Shown here: positions 1 to 7,341 of the stretch, in pieces
Layout: every line of letters begins with the position of its first letter
Numbering within the stretch: the stretch's first letter is position 1
Assembly: GCA_031376485.1 (NCBI GenBank)
Contig: JANMDV010000057.1
Span: forward strand, 14,092 to 78,091
DNA length: 64,000 nt
Origin: Actinomycetota bacterium
GTDB taxonomy: Bacteria > Actinomycetota > Thermoleophilia > Miltoncostaeales > Miltoncostaeaceae
Direction: 5' to 3'
Notes under the pieces: generated by a model
What the model saw: only the letters and a program-made list of their open reading frames with translations
What the model was told of the DNA's origin: nothing
The model's database searches: none
Position numbers and translations under genes: made by a program

Positions 1-188
1 AATGTGGCATCGCCGCGAACCTCTCGGCACACCTCTACGAAGCGTGTTTCGACTTTCTCGACGCGCCGATCCGCCGGATCAACTGCGCCGACGTCCCGAT
101 GCCCTATGCCAAGAACCTGGAGCAGGCCGCACTGCCCCAACCGGCCGATGTCACCGCCGCCGTCCGGGAACTCGTCGGAGGACGTTGA
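1..188 (+). CDS. 2-oxoacid dehydrogenase E1 component beta subunit, C-terminal fragment (5' end outside window)
   Basis: Frame 3 reads ...AHLYEACFDFLDAPIRRINCADVPMPYAKNLEQAALPQPADVTAAVRELVGGR*, the conserved E1-beta C-terminus. TGA 186-188 shares one base with the next ATG. Absent from the ORF track because it has no start in the window. Confidence 0.8.
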   Translation, partial: CGIAANLSAHLYEACFDFLDAPIRRINCADVPMPYAKNLEQAALPQPADVTAAVRELVGGR

Positions 189-1579
189 TGGATTTTCTGA
201 TGCCAAAACTTTCGGACACAATGGAGGAGGGGACCGTCCTGCAGTGGCTCAAGCAGGACGGTGACGAGGTCGCCAAAGGCGAGCCGCTCGTCGAGATCGA
301 AACCGACAAGGCGAACATGATGGTGGAGGCGCCCGATTCGGGTCAGCTCCAGATCGTCGCCCAGATCGGTGACAGCCTTCCCATCGGGGCGACCATCGCG
401 ACGATCGGCGGTGGTGCGGCGGCGGCCGCGGCGCAGCCCACACCAGACTCCCCGCGTGCCGACGCGCACGCCGATGATGCGGCGGCGGACGAGGAAACGG
501 AGGACGCCGCTTCGGACGATGAGGCGACCGGTATTCCAACCGCCGACGACGGCACCGGGTCGTCCATCGGGCTGGAGGTCCGTCACCCCGAGGCGTATCC
601 GGGTGCCGCTGACGATGATGATCCACAGCCCGCCACGGCCGTGCCGCCAGCTGTCGCCTCGCAGCAGACGCCATCGCCCGCCGCCGGCGACCAGGTGCGT
701 GCCTCGCCGCTGGCGCGGCGGTTGGCCGAGGAGCTTGGCGTGGATCTGTCGACAGTCCAGGGCACAGGTCCGGCGGGACGGGTCGTCCGCGAAGACGTCG
801 AAGCCGCGGCGGCCGCGGCGGTGTCGAGACCCACCCCCGCGCAACCCGCAGCCGCACCACAGGCGCCGGCACCGACCAGGCCACCCACGGCCACTCCCGG
901 CGAGCGGGTCGCACTGACCCGCTTGCAGCGCACCGTCGCCAAGCGGATGGCAGAGTCCAAGCCCGGAGCGCCACATTTCTATCTGCAACGCGACATCGAT
1001 GTGACCGCGCTCATCGCGCTTCGCAAGGAACTCGTCGCCGGGTCGCCCGAGGGGCAGGGCCCGTCCGTCAACGATCTCATCATCCGCGCAGTGGCGCTGG
1101 CGACCGCTGAACGACCGGATGCCGTCAGCCAGTTCGCCGGGGACGCACTCATCGCTCCCACAGGCGCCCACATCGGCATCGCGGTGGCCGTGCCGGGAGG
1201 CCTCCTGGTTCCGGTCGTGCGGTCCGCCGACACCAAGCGCATCGGTGAACTCGCGGCCGAGGTCAGAGGGCTCGTCGGCCGCTGCCGGGACGGGACGATC
1301 ACACCACCCGAGCTCGAAGGCTCCGTGATCACGATCAGCAACCTCGGGATGTTCGGAGTCGACCGCTTTCTGGCCGTCATCAACCCGCCAGAGGCCGCGA
1401 TCGTGGCAGTGGGCCGCGCCAAGGCCACCCCCGTCGTCATCGACGGCGACGTGGTGGTGCGCGACGTGTTGACGCTGACCCTCTCCGTCGACCACCGCGC
1501 CGTCTACGGGGCCGAGGCGGCAACATTCCTGGCACGCATCGCCGAACTCATGGAGCGACCGGGGGCCCTTGTATTGTGA
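188..1579 (+). CDS. dihydrolipoamide acyltransferase (E2) of a 2-oxoacid dehydrogenase complex
   Basis: Track ORF 2..1579. The internal ATG at 188 gives MDFLMPKLSDTMEEGTV. Has lipoyl-Lys motif EIETDKA, a long Ala/Pro/Asp linker, E3-binding ASPLARRLAEELGVDL and catalytic SVDHRAVYG. Confidence 0.92.
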   Translation: MDFLMPKLSDTMEEGTVLQWLKQDGDEVAKGEPLVEIETDKANMMVEAPDSGQLQIVAQIGDSLPIGATIATIGGGAAAAAAQPTPDSPRADAHADDAAADEETEDAASDDEATGIPTADDGTGSSIGLEVRHPEAYPGAADDDDPQPATAVPPAVASQQTPSPAAGDQVRASPLARRLAEELGVDLSTVQGTGPAGRVVREDVEAAAAAAVSRPTPAQPAAAPQAPAPTRPPTATPGERVALTRLQRTVAKRMAESKPGAPHFYLQRDIDVTALIALRKELVAGSPEGQGPSVNDLIIRAVALATAERPDAVSQFAGDALIAPTGAHIGIAVAVPGGLLVPVVRSADTKRIGELAAEVRGLVGRCRDGTITPPELEGSVITISNLGMFGVDRFLAVINPPEAAIVAVGRAKATPVVIDGDVVVRDVLTLTLSVDHRAVYGAEAATFLARIAELMERPGALVL

Positions 1580-1582
1580 TTC

Positions 1583-1670
1583 GGGGCCCTGCAGAAGGGA
1601 CTGCTGGACCGGATGGCGAGCGAACACCGTGCCAAACGGTCCGGTCGTTTCTGCTCGGGTCCTTTCGGCC
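1583..1670 (+). repeat. degenerate copy (H) of the rod-like palindromic repeat family
   Basis: GGGGCCCTGCAGAAGGGACTGCTGGACCGGATGGCGAGCGAACACCG resembles the 5' arms of copies B and F. It starts 4 nt after the E2 stop codon. Confidence 0.5.
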
Positions 1671-1802
1671 GGCGTGGTGACCACCCGATCGGCGTGTGAG
1701 AACTAGCCGTTCGACCAGTTTCGCCCGACACGGATCTGGGTACCATGCTTTTTAGAGGTTTCGTCCCGGTGAATCGCCACGCATGGCGCAGGAGGCAACG
1801 AC

Positions 1803-2597
1803 ATGGAACAGTCCCCGCAGAGGCCCGTAGGACACGTCGTGGACGACGGGATGCTCGAGTGCGGTTATGGATCCACGCGCAGGGCGGACCCGCGCATCCT
1901 GCAACGGATCGCGAAAGCCGTCGGCGGCGCTCCGTCTGTCGTGAACATCGGTGCCGGAACCGGCGCCTACGAGCCACCCAACCGACGCGTGGTCGCGATC
2001 GAGCCGAGCGACCTGGTGATCGCACAGCGCCGCACCGGTGCGGCGCCCGTCGTCAAGGCCGCCGCCGAAGCACTGCCGTTCAAAGACGGCGGGTACTCGG
2101 CAGCGATGGCGGTCCTGACGATCCACCATTGGGACGACCCACTCGCAGGACTGCGCGAGATGCGTCGTGTCGCGCGGCGCCGCGCGGTCGTAATGACGCT
2201 CGACCCCACCACGATCGACGACTTCTGGCTGTACGAATACTTTCCTGACATCGCGCGAGCCGACGCCCGCCGGTTCCCAACTCTCGACGAGATCACCAGC
2301 ACGCTTGGTGGAGACGTTCGGGTCGAGGTCGTCCCGATCCCCCACGACTGTCGCGACGGGTTCCTCGGCGCGTACTGGCGACGGCCGTCGATGTACCTGG
2401 CGCGCCATGTTCGGCGCAGCATCTCCACGCTCGCGGAGGTCGGCGACGACGAGCTTCTGGATGGGCTCGCCATGCTGTCCGAGGATCTGCGTTCAGGTGC
2501 ATGGGATCGCGCGAACGCCTGGCTCATCGACCGCGACGAACTCGACCTGGGCTACCGCCTGGTCGTCGCGGAGTACGGAGACCCGCCGACGGCTTAG
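1803..2597 (+). CDS. class I SAM-dependent methyltransferase
   Basis: Track ORF 1803..2597. GGAGG lies upstream of the ATG. Motif I is VVNIGAGTGAY, with a Methyltransf_11-like core (ALPFKDGGYSAAMAVLTIHHW). Confidence 0.8.
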   Translation: MEQSPQRPVGHVVDDGMLECGYGSTRRADPRILQRIAKAVGGAPSVVNIGAGTGAYEPPNRRVVAIEPSDLVIAQRRTGAAPVVKAAAEALPFKDGGYSAAMAVLTIHHWDDPLAGLREMRRVARRRAVVMTLDPTTIDDFWLYEYFPDIARADARRFPTLDEITSTLGGDVRVEVVPIPHDCRDGFLGAYWRRPSMYLARHVRRSISTLAEVGDDELLDGLAMLSEDLRSGAWDRANAWLIDRDELDLGYRLVVAEYGDPPTA

Positions 2598-2758
2598 TGC
2601 TCGCTTTCGTAAGTACGGCGACGTATCCCGCGCGAAAACCGAGTCAGGCAAGGACGCAGTGTCTTGCCGCTATCGGTACCCATAACGGTGAGACCGAGGA
2701 CACCGCCTGGCGACGGTTTGCAGCCGGGAGACGTGGGCGTACTTGCGCGAGCGAGCAC
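2598..2758 (+). repeat. palindromic intergenic repeat, copy A1 (divergent subtype)
   Basis: Termini GTGCTCGCTTTCGTAAGTACG and CGTACTTGCGCGAGCGAGCAC form an imperfect inverted repeat. Contains core pieces CGCGAAAACCGAG and CGACGGTTTGCAGCC. Starts at the last base of the methyltransferase TAG. Confidence 0.75.
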
Positions 2759-2761
2759 TTC

Positions 2762-2921
2762 GGGCCCGTGTCATGAAAACTCCCTTGCCGGACGGCGAGC
2801 GAAAACCGAGCAATACGGTGCTGGCGAGCCTCGCCGCTACTGGTGGTAACGGCGATCTCGCCAGTGCCGGAGTGCGACGGTTTGCAGCCGCCGAACGGCG
2901 AGGTAGTCATGACACGGGCCC
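2762..2921 (+). repeat. palindromic intergenic repeat, copy A2 (full length, 160 nt)
   Basis: Termini are GGGCCCGTGTCATGA and TCATGACACGGGCCC. The core is GGCGAGCGAAAACCGAG..CTGGCGAGCCTCGCCGCTACTGGTGGTAACGGCGATCTCGCCAG..CGACGGTTTGCAGCCGCC. Confidence 0.9.
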
Positions 2922-2942
2922 CTAACCGATTACCATCGGCGT

Positions 2943-3614
2943 GTGGCGTTTCTGCTGACCTCGGACCGAATCGATTACCTCGAGGCGTGGGGGTTGCAGC
3001 GCGAGCTTGCGGCGCAGCGTGCCAGGGGCGACATACCCGACGTCGTGTGGTTGCTGGAGCACCCCCCCGTCTACACGTACGGCCGGCATGGCCGGCGTGA
3101 GGACTTGTTCGCTGACGACGCCGGCTTGGCGGCACTGGGCGCGACCTGCGCTCAGTGCGACCGCGGCGGCCAGATGACCTGGCACGGCCCGGGGCAGACC
3201 ACCGGTTACGTCATCGCTGATGTCCGCGCCCACGGCGGCGTCCGCCGGTTCGTACATGCGCTGGTCGGGGCGATGGCCGACGCCAGCGCCATCGCCGGCG
3301 CGCTTGCGGGCGACGATGCGATGGGCCTGTACGTCCACGGACGCAAGCTCGGCAGCGTCGGCATTCGCGTCAACGGCGGCATCACGACGCACGGCCTTGC
3401 GCTCAACCGCGATCCCGATCTGACGTGGTTCGCACGAATGTCCGCCTGCGGCGCTCCGGACGTCGCCGCCACCTCGATCGCACACGAACACGGCGACGCT
3501 GATCGCAATCGGACCGAGACAGCCCTGGTAACCGCACTCGCCGAGCGCCTGGGCCTGGGTGAACTGACGCCCGTCGACGTGCGCGACCTGCTTTCATACG
3601 GCGCCCAGGGTTAG
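2943..3614 (+). CDS. lipB: lipoyl(octanoyl) transferase
   Basis: Track ORF 2943..3614 with a GTG start. Motifs present: RGGQMTWHGPGQ, RKLGSVGIRV and HGLALN. Confidence 0.9.
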   Translation: MAFLLTSDRIDYLEAWGLQRELAAQRARGDIPDVVWLLEHPPVYTYGRHGRREDLFADDAGLAALGATCAQCDRGGQMTWHGPGQTTGYVIADVRAHGGVRRFVHALVGAMADASAIAGALAGDDAMGLYVHGRKLGSVGIRVNGGITTHGLALNRDPDLTWFARMSACGAPDVAATSIAHEHGDADRNRTETALVTALAERLGLGELTPVDVRDLLSYGAQG

Positions 3615-3772
3615 GGCCGGTCCAGAAGGAGTCTCGCGAAGGGTGACGAGCGAAAACCGAGCGAGGCGGCGCTGGGCGAGCCTCGCCACGACTGGTCGAA
3701 AAAACGAACTCGCCAGTGGCGTATCGCGACGATTTGCAGCCGCTCACCGAGTGGGAGTTCTGACACAGGCAC
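3614..3772 (+). repeat. palindromic intergenic repeat, copy B
   Basis: Has the core ACGAGCGAAAACCGAGCGAGG..CTGGGCGAGCCTCGCC..CTCGCCAG..CGCGACGATTTGCAGCCGC and a 3' end GAGTTCTGACACAGGCAC. It fills the gap between two convergent stop codons (TAG 3612-3614, TAA 3777-3779). Confidence 0.85.
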
Positions 3773-3776
3773 TTAA

Positions 3777-3953
3777 TTAATAACCCAGGAGTTGCTCCCA
3801 GGCGACCAGGGCCGCAGCGACGAGGACGTCGTCGTCCGGATCAATCCCGGCTTGCGCGACCCACTCGGCCAGCATCGGCCACTCGACTTCGAACGGCTCG
3901 ACATCGGGGTGGGCATTTCGCAACGCGGTCGCCGCACGCTCTGCGATCACCAT
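3777..3953 (-). CDS. hypothetical small acidic protein (58 aa)
   Basis: The C-terminal part of track ORF 3777..4103, starting at MVIAERAATALRN. Its ATG is embedded in the upstream gene's end (ATGGTGA), which suggests translational coupling. No recognisable domain. Confidence 0.4.
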   Translation of the reverse strand: MVIAERAATALRNAHPDVEPFEVEWPMLAEWVAQAGIDPDDDVLVAAALVAWEQLLGY

Positions 3954-4156
3954 ACGTTGACCGCCGCCGCCCCTGCCAGGACAATGACGAGCACGCCGTA
4001 CCCGGAGTACCCCAGGACGAACAGCAGCACCGCCAGCGCCAAAAGCAGAATGGCCAGACCACCCCACACCGCCCGGGGCAACCCGTCGGCACCCAATGTC
4101 CATCCGCGTTCCGGCGGAGCGCCGCGGCGACGCGGACGTTCGTCGTCAACCGTCAT
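3947..4156 (-). CDS. hypothetical small membrane protein (69 aa)
   Basis: The C-terminal part of track ORF 3947..4465, starting at MTVDDERPRRRG. Contains a long hydrophobic stretch WGGLAILLLALAVLLFVLGYSGYGVLVIVLAGAAA. The rest of the ORF is antisense to the peroxiredoxin gene. Confidence 0.4.
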   Translation of the reverse strand: MTVDDERPRRRGAPPERGWTLGADGLPRAVWGGLAILLLALAVLLFVLGYSGYGVLVIVLAGAAAVNVW

Positions 4157-4231
4157 GTCGAGGAAGACTAGCGCCGGGTCTCGGCGGACACGGTGTACTA
4201 CCCTGCGCTCGTACCACACACGGGAGGAGCC

Positions 4232-4699
4232 ATGGCAGTCGAAGTCGGACAGGAAGCACCAGATTTCACGCTCAAGAATCAAACCGGTGACGAGGTCACG
4301 CTGTCGAGCTTCCGCGGCGCCAAGAACGTCGTCCTCGTCTTCTCCCCCTTGGCCTTCAGCGGCGTGTGTACGACACAGTTCAGCGCGGTCGGCCCGCGCG
4401 AGGGCAGGTACGCCGATGAGCAGGCGCAGGTGCTCGGCGTGTCCGTCGATAGCTTCCACGTCCAAGCCGCGTTCGCCAGATCACTGGGCCTGGACGCGAC
4501 GATGATGCTGGCCGACTTCGAGCCCAAGGGAGCCGTCGCCCGAAGCTACGGCGTGTACCGCGACGAGCGGGGCCACTCGGCCCGCGCCACGTTCGTCATC
4601 GACACGAAGGGAATCATCCAGCACGCGGAGATCCCGGTTCCGCTCGAACTCCCCGACGAGGGAGCCGTCATGGCCGCCCTCGCCACCTGCAATAGTTAA
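4232..4699 (+). CDS. peroxiredoxin, AhpE-like (AhpC/TSA family)
   Basis: Track ORF 4193..4699. ATG 4232 follows GGAGGAG. Begins MAVEVGQEAPDFTLKNQTGDEVTL and has the peroxidatic Cys context VFSPLAFSGVCTTQ, resembling mycobacterial AhpE. Confidence 0.9.
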   Translation: MAVEVGQEAPDFTLKNQTGDEVTLSSFRGAKNVVLVFSPLAFSGVCTTQFSAVGPREGRYADEQAQVLGVSVDSFHVQAAFARSLGLDATMMLADFEPKGAVARSYGVYRDERGHSARATFVIDTKGIIQHAEIPVPLELPDEGAVMAALATCNS

Positions 4700-4813
4700 G
4701 GGTCCACGCAAAAAAATACTGAACAGTTTGGCGGCTGCAAACCGTCGCGATACGGCGTCGCCTCACTCGGTTTTCGCTCGCCATCCGGCACAGCAGTTAT
4801 TTTTGCGCGAACC
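4700..4813 (-). repeat. palindromic intergenic repeat, copy C (114-nt short form, inverted orientation)
   Basis: The reverse complement reads GGTTCGCGCAAAAATAACTGCTGTGCCGGATGGCGAGCGAAAACCGAGTGAGGCG..CGCGACGGTTTGCAGCCGCCAAACTGTTCAGTATTTTTTTGCGTGGACCC. It lacks the apical ~48 nt and starts 1 nt after the peroxiredoxin TAA. Confidence 0.85.
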
Positions 4814-4827
4814 ATAAGGAGACCCAC

Positions 4828-4968
4828 ATGGCTGTTTGCGCCCACACCGTATGCACCTGCGAAGCCGCCGACGGAAGCCAGTACTGCTCACCGTTCTGTG
4901 AGGGCAACACCGATGCCCCCGAGTGCCACTGCCACCACGAGGGCTGCGCGGCACCGCACCACCACTAG
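4828..4968 (+). CDS. metallothionein-like Cys/His-rich small protein (46 aa), absent from the ORF track
   Basis: AAGGAG lies 7 nt upstream of the ATG. Translates to MAVCAHTVCTCEAADGSQYCSPFCEGNTDAPECHCHHEGCAAPHHH*, with 8 Cys and 7 His. The C-x-C ... YCSxxC ... CxC spacing resembles the bacterial SmtA/BmtA family. Confidence 0.7.
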   Translation: MAVCAHTVCTCEAADGSQYCSPFCEGNTDAPECHCHHEGCAAPHHH

Positions 4969-4978
4969 CCCTCCCCTT

Positions 4979-5015
4979 GATGTCACGTCGGGTGCCGAGC
5001 ATCCGACGTGACATC
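4979..5015. terminator. bidirectional stem-loop between convergent genes
   Basis: Perfect 13-bp inverted repeat GATGTCACGTCGG / CCGACGTGACATC with an 11-nt loop. It sits between the metallothionein-like ORF stop and the dodecin stop. Confidence 0.65.
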
Positions 5016-5030
5016 GCGGTGAGGAGGAGG

Positions 5031-5243
5031 TCAGCCCTCGTACTTGAACGAAAGGTTGAGACGCGTGCGGAAGCGCACGATTTTGCCGTCGTCGATCGAG
5101 ACGTCGAGCTTGGTGACCTCGGCGACGCGCAGATCGCGGAGGCTGCCGGAGGCCGTTTCGATGGCCGTGCGGGCTGCCGCCTCCCACGACTCGCTGCTGG
5201 TCCCAACGACGTCGATCACCCGGTACACGCTTTCATCTGCCAT
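5031..5243 (-). CDS. dodecin family flavin-binding protein
   Basis: The C-terminal 70 aa of track ORF 5031..5360. MADESVYRVIDVVGTSSESWEAAARTAIETASGSLRDLRVAEV... resembles mycobacterial dodecin (YRVIEIVGTS...). Confidence 0.85.
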   Translation of the reverse strand: MADESVYRVIDVVGTSSESWEAAARTAIETASGSLRDLRVAEVTKLDVSIDDGKIVRFRTRLNLSFKYEG

Positions 5244-5335
5244 CTCACGCCCCCAATTCGGTTCGGTGTGGATCACTCGAGGCCTCGTGGCGATGCGCAC
5301 GAAGTCCTGGAAATCATACGTGGCCCGAGGGCGAC

Positions 5336-6226
5336 TTACACCTCGATATCCGACCGGCAATAATGGCCTGCGACATCGAACACACGACGGGCCGCGATGA
5401 TCTGCCCAAGGTCACAGTCGGCGTAGATGATCCCTTCACGACCAGTGATCGGGCCGGCGATGACGTTGCCCCACGGGTCGACGATCACGCTGTTGCCGAC
5501 GAGTAGCTCGTCCGGGCACCCGGCGAGTTCCTCCATCAGAGGAAAATCGTCCGGAAAGTCGTCGCGACGCAGATACTGGACTGGTGACAAGACGAACGCC
5601 CCCGCCTCGAATGCATACGTGCGCATCGCGGCGATCCAGATGTCACGATCGTCCGCCGTGGGGGCCAGATAGAAATCCACGCCACCGCGGTGCAGTGCCT
5701 GCCGGGCCGCGGGCATGAAGTTCTCCCAACACAGAAGCCCTCCGAGCCGGCCGAAGTCGGCCTGGAGCGGCTCCAGGTCGTCGCCGGGGCCTTGACCCCA
5801 GAAGACCCGCTCGTGCAGGGTCGGCATGAGCTTGCGATGGCGATGGGCAAGCCGCCCGTCCGGGGCGAACCAGAGCAGCGAGTTCCACAAGGTTCCCGGC
5901 CGCGTCGGATTGCGCTCGTTGACACCGATCGCGACCCAGGCACGGGTTCGCCGGGCGGCGGCGCCCAGGCGATCGGTCAGCGGCCCCGGGACGTCGACGG
6001 CGGCGGCCCACATGCGCCGATGGAGCTCGGCCGCCTCGCTCGTGAACTGCGCAGATGCGTGCGCCCATCGTGAACTGGGATACAGCGCGACGAACACCTC
6101 GGGCAGCGCGATGAGCCGGGCGCCGGCTGCGGCGGCCTCGCCGATCAGGCCGCACGCCTTCGCGACCGAGGCGTCGGCGTCCAGAATCACCGGCGTCGCC
6201 TGCACCACCGCAACCGTCACGTTCAT
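5336..6226 (-). CDS. nitrilase / carbon-nitrogen hydrolase family protein
   Basis: Track ORF 5336..6226. Has the Glu-Lys-Cys triad contexts LPEVF, HRKLMP and LLCWENFMP. Confidence 0.88.
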   Translation of the reverse strand: MNVTVAVVQATPVILDADASVAKACGLIGEAAAAGARLIALPEVFVALYPSSRWAHASAQFTSEAAELHRRMWAAAVDVPGPLTDRLGAAARRTRAWVAIGVNERNPTRPGTLWNSLLWFAPDGRLAHRHRKLMPTLHERVFWGQGPGDDLEPLQADFGRLGGLLCWENFMPAARQALHRGGVDFYLAPTADDRDIWIAAMRTYAFEAGAFVLSPVQYLRRDDFPDDFPLMEELAGCPDELLVGNSVIVDPWGNVIAGPITGREGIIYADCDLGQIIAARRVFDVAGHYCRSDIEV

Positions 6227-7341
6227 GACCCGGCCTCCGCGGACGACCGAAGCGACGACAGGACCTGGTCGGTGTGCTCGCCGAGGCGCGGGGCCGGACG
6301 ACGGGTAACCGCGGGTGTGCGGGAGAGGCGAAGCGGCGGGCCGGTCACGAGCTCAGTGCCGAGTGTCGGATCCGTGATCTCGACGATGAGGCCCAACGCC
6401 CGTGCCTGCGGATGGTCGAGCAGCGCGAACGGCCGCTCCTCGACGACGCCGTGCGGCAGCTCGGCGTCCTGCAGCACCGACCGCCAGTGCGCCGTCGACT
6501 CCTGCGCCAGACGCTCACCCAACAGATCGGCGAGAGCGCCGTTGTTGACGACACGGGATTCCAGGTCGGCGAAGCGGGGATCGGCGAGCAGCGCGCCGAG
6601 GCCAACCGCGTTCAGAAGCCGCTCATGCAACCGTGGCGCGTAACAGGCGATCGCGACCCCCCCGTCGCTCGCCGGGTACGTGCGGTACAGGGCCCCGACG
6701 AACCGGTTGAACAACGGTTCCCCGGAGTCCTCGCGGATGAGGCGGTGTGCGGCGAGCGCCGCTGAGGCTTCGAGCAGGGATGTCTCGACCACTTGGCCCA
6801 GCCCGCTGCGCTCGCGTTCGAACAGGGCGGCGATGATCCCCGCGACCATAATCCAGGGCACCAGCGTGTCGTGCGCCGGAACCGGCAACACCCGCCCGCC
6901 GTTCGCGCTGACCAGCCCAGACTCGGATTGCAGGGCGACGTCGGTTCCCCGCCCTCCTTCGGGTCCGAACGCCGACAGGGCGCAGTAGACGAGGCGCGGG
7001 TTTCGGGCGCAGAGCGTCTCCGCCCCGGCGCCGAGACGCTCAGCGACGCCTGGGGCGAGGCTGTGCACGAACACGTCGGCCCGATCGACCAGCTCCAGGA
7101 CGGCCTGCGTGCCCTCGTCGGTGTGCAGATCGAGAACGACTCCGAGCTTGTCCCGATTGACCGCATGGAACACGCGGCTCTCGCCGTGGACGTCGTCGAC
7201 ACGCCGCCATTGATCCCCCTCGGGCGGCTCCACCTTGATCACCTCGGCCCCAAGCTGGGCGAGGCCCATCGTGGCAAGCGGACCACCGAGATGGTGGGTC
7301 AGGTCGACAACCCGGATGCCGTCCAAGGGTCCAGGGGTCAT
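6223..7341 (-). CDS. CoA transferase, family III (CaiB/BaiF type)
   Basis: Part of track ORF 6223..7794, starting at MTPGPLDGIRVVDLTHHLGGPLATMGLAQLGAEVIKVEPPEGD. ATGA overlaps occur at both ends (7338-7341, 6223-6226). Confidence 0.88.
   Translation of the reverse strand: MTPGPLDGIRVVDLTHHLGGPLATMGLAQLGAEVIKVEPPEGDQWRRVDDVHGESRVFHAVNRDKLGVVLDLHTDEGTQAVLELVDRADVFVHSLAPGVAERLGAGAETLCARNPRLVYCALSAFGPEGGRGTDVALQSESGLVSANGGRVLPVPAHDTLVPWIMVAGIIAALFERERSGLGQVVETSLLEASAALAAHRLIREDSGEPLFNRFVGALYRTYPASDGGVAIACYAPRLHERLLNAVGLGALLADPRFADLESRVVNNGALADLLGERLAQESTAHWRSVLQDAELPHGVVEERPFALLDHPQARALGLIVEITDPTLGTELVTGPPLRLSRTPAVTRRPAPRLGEHTDQVLSSLRSSAEAGS

Noticed and set aside
104-1684. Long antisense or off-frame ORFs throughout the track. 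Examples: 104..1684 -, 8202..9683 -, 10237..11376 -, 14924..16369 +, 21665..22822 -, 22916..24094 -, 24077..25690 +, 32138..34228 +, 34744..35985 -, 41241..42557 -, 42130..43581 -, 48381..49655 -, 50553..52097 +, 52542..53786 -, 55237..56709 -, 59278..60672 -, 60317..61405 -.
   Set aside because: They have the Arg/Pro/Gly/Ala-rich, motif-free composition typical of wrong-frame translation of about 70% GC DNA. Each is fully overlapped by an ORF with clear family motifs on the other strand or in another frame.
2644-3747. A shared peptide, GEIAVTTS.GEA..HR.ARFSLA / VFARHPSR, appears in several track ORFs (2644..3135 -, 3403..3747 -, 7834..8334 -, 32352..33125 -, 31685..32695 -). It looks like a small protein family.
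   Set aside because: The similarity comes from translating the palindromic DNA repeat. The ORFs differ in frame and extent, lack starts or ribosome-binding sites at consistent positions, and the repeat's conservation pattern is that of a hairpin, not of codons.
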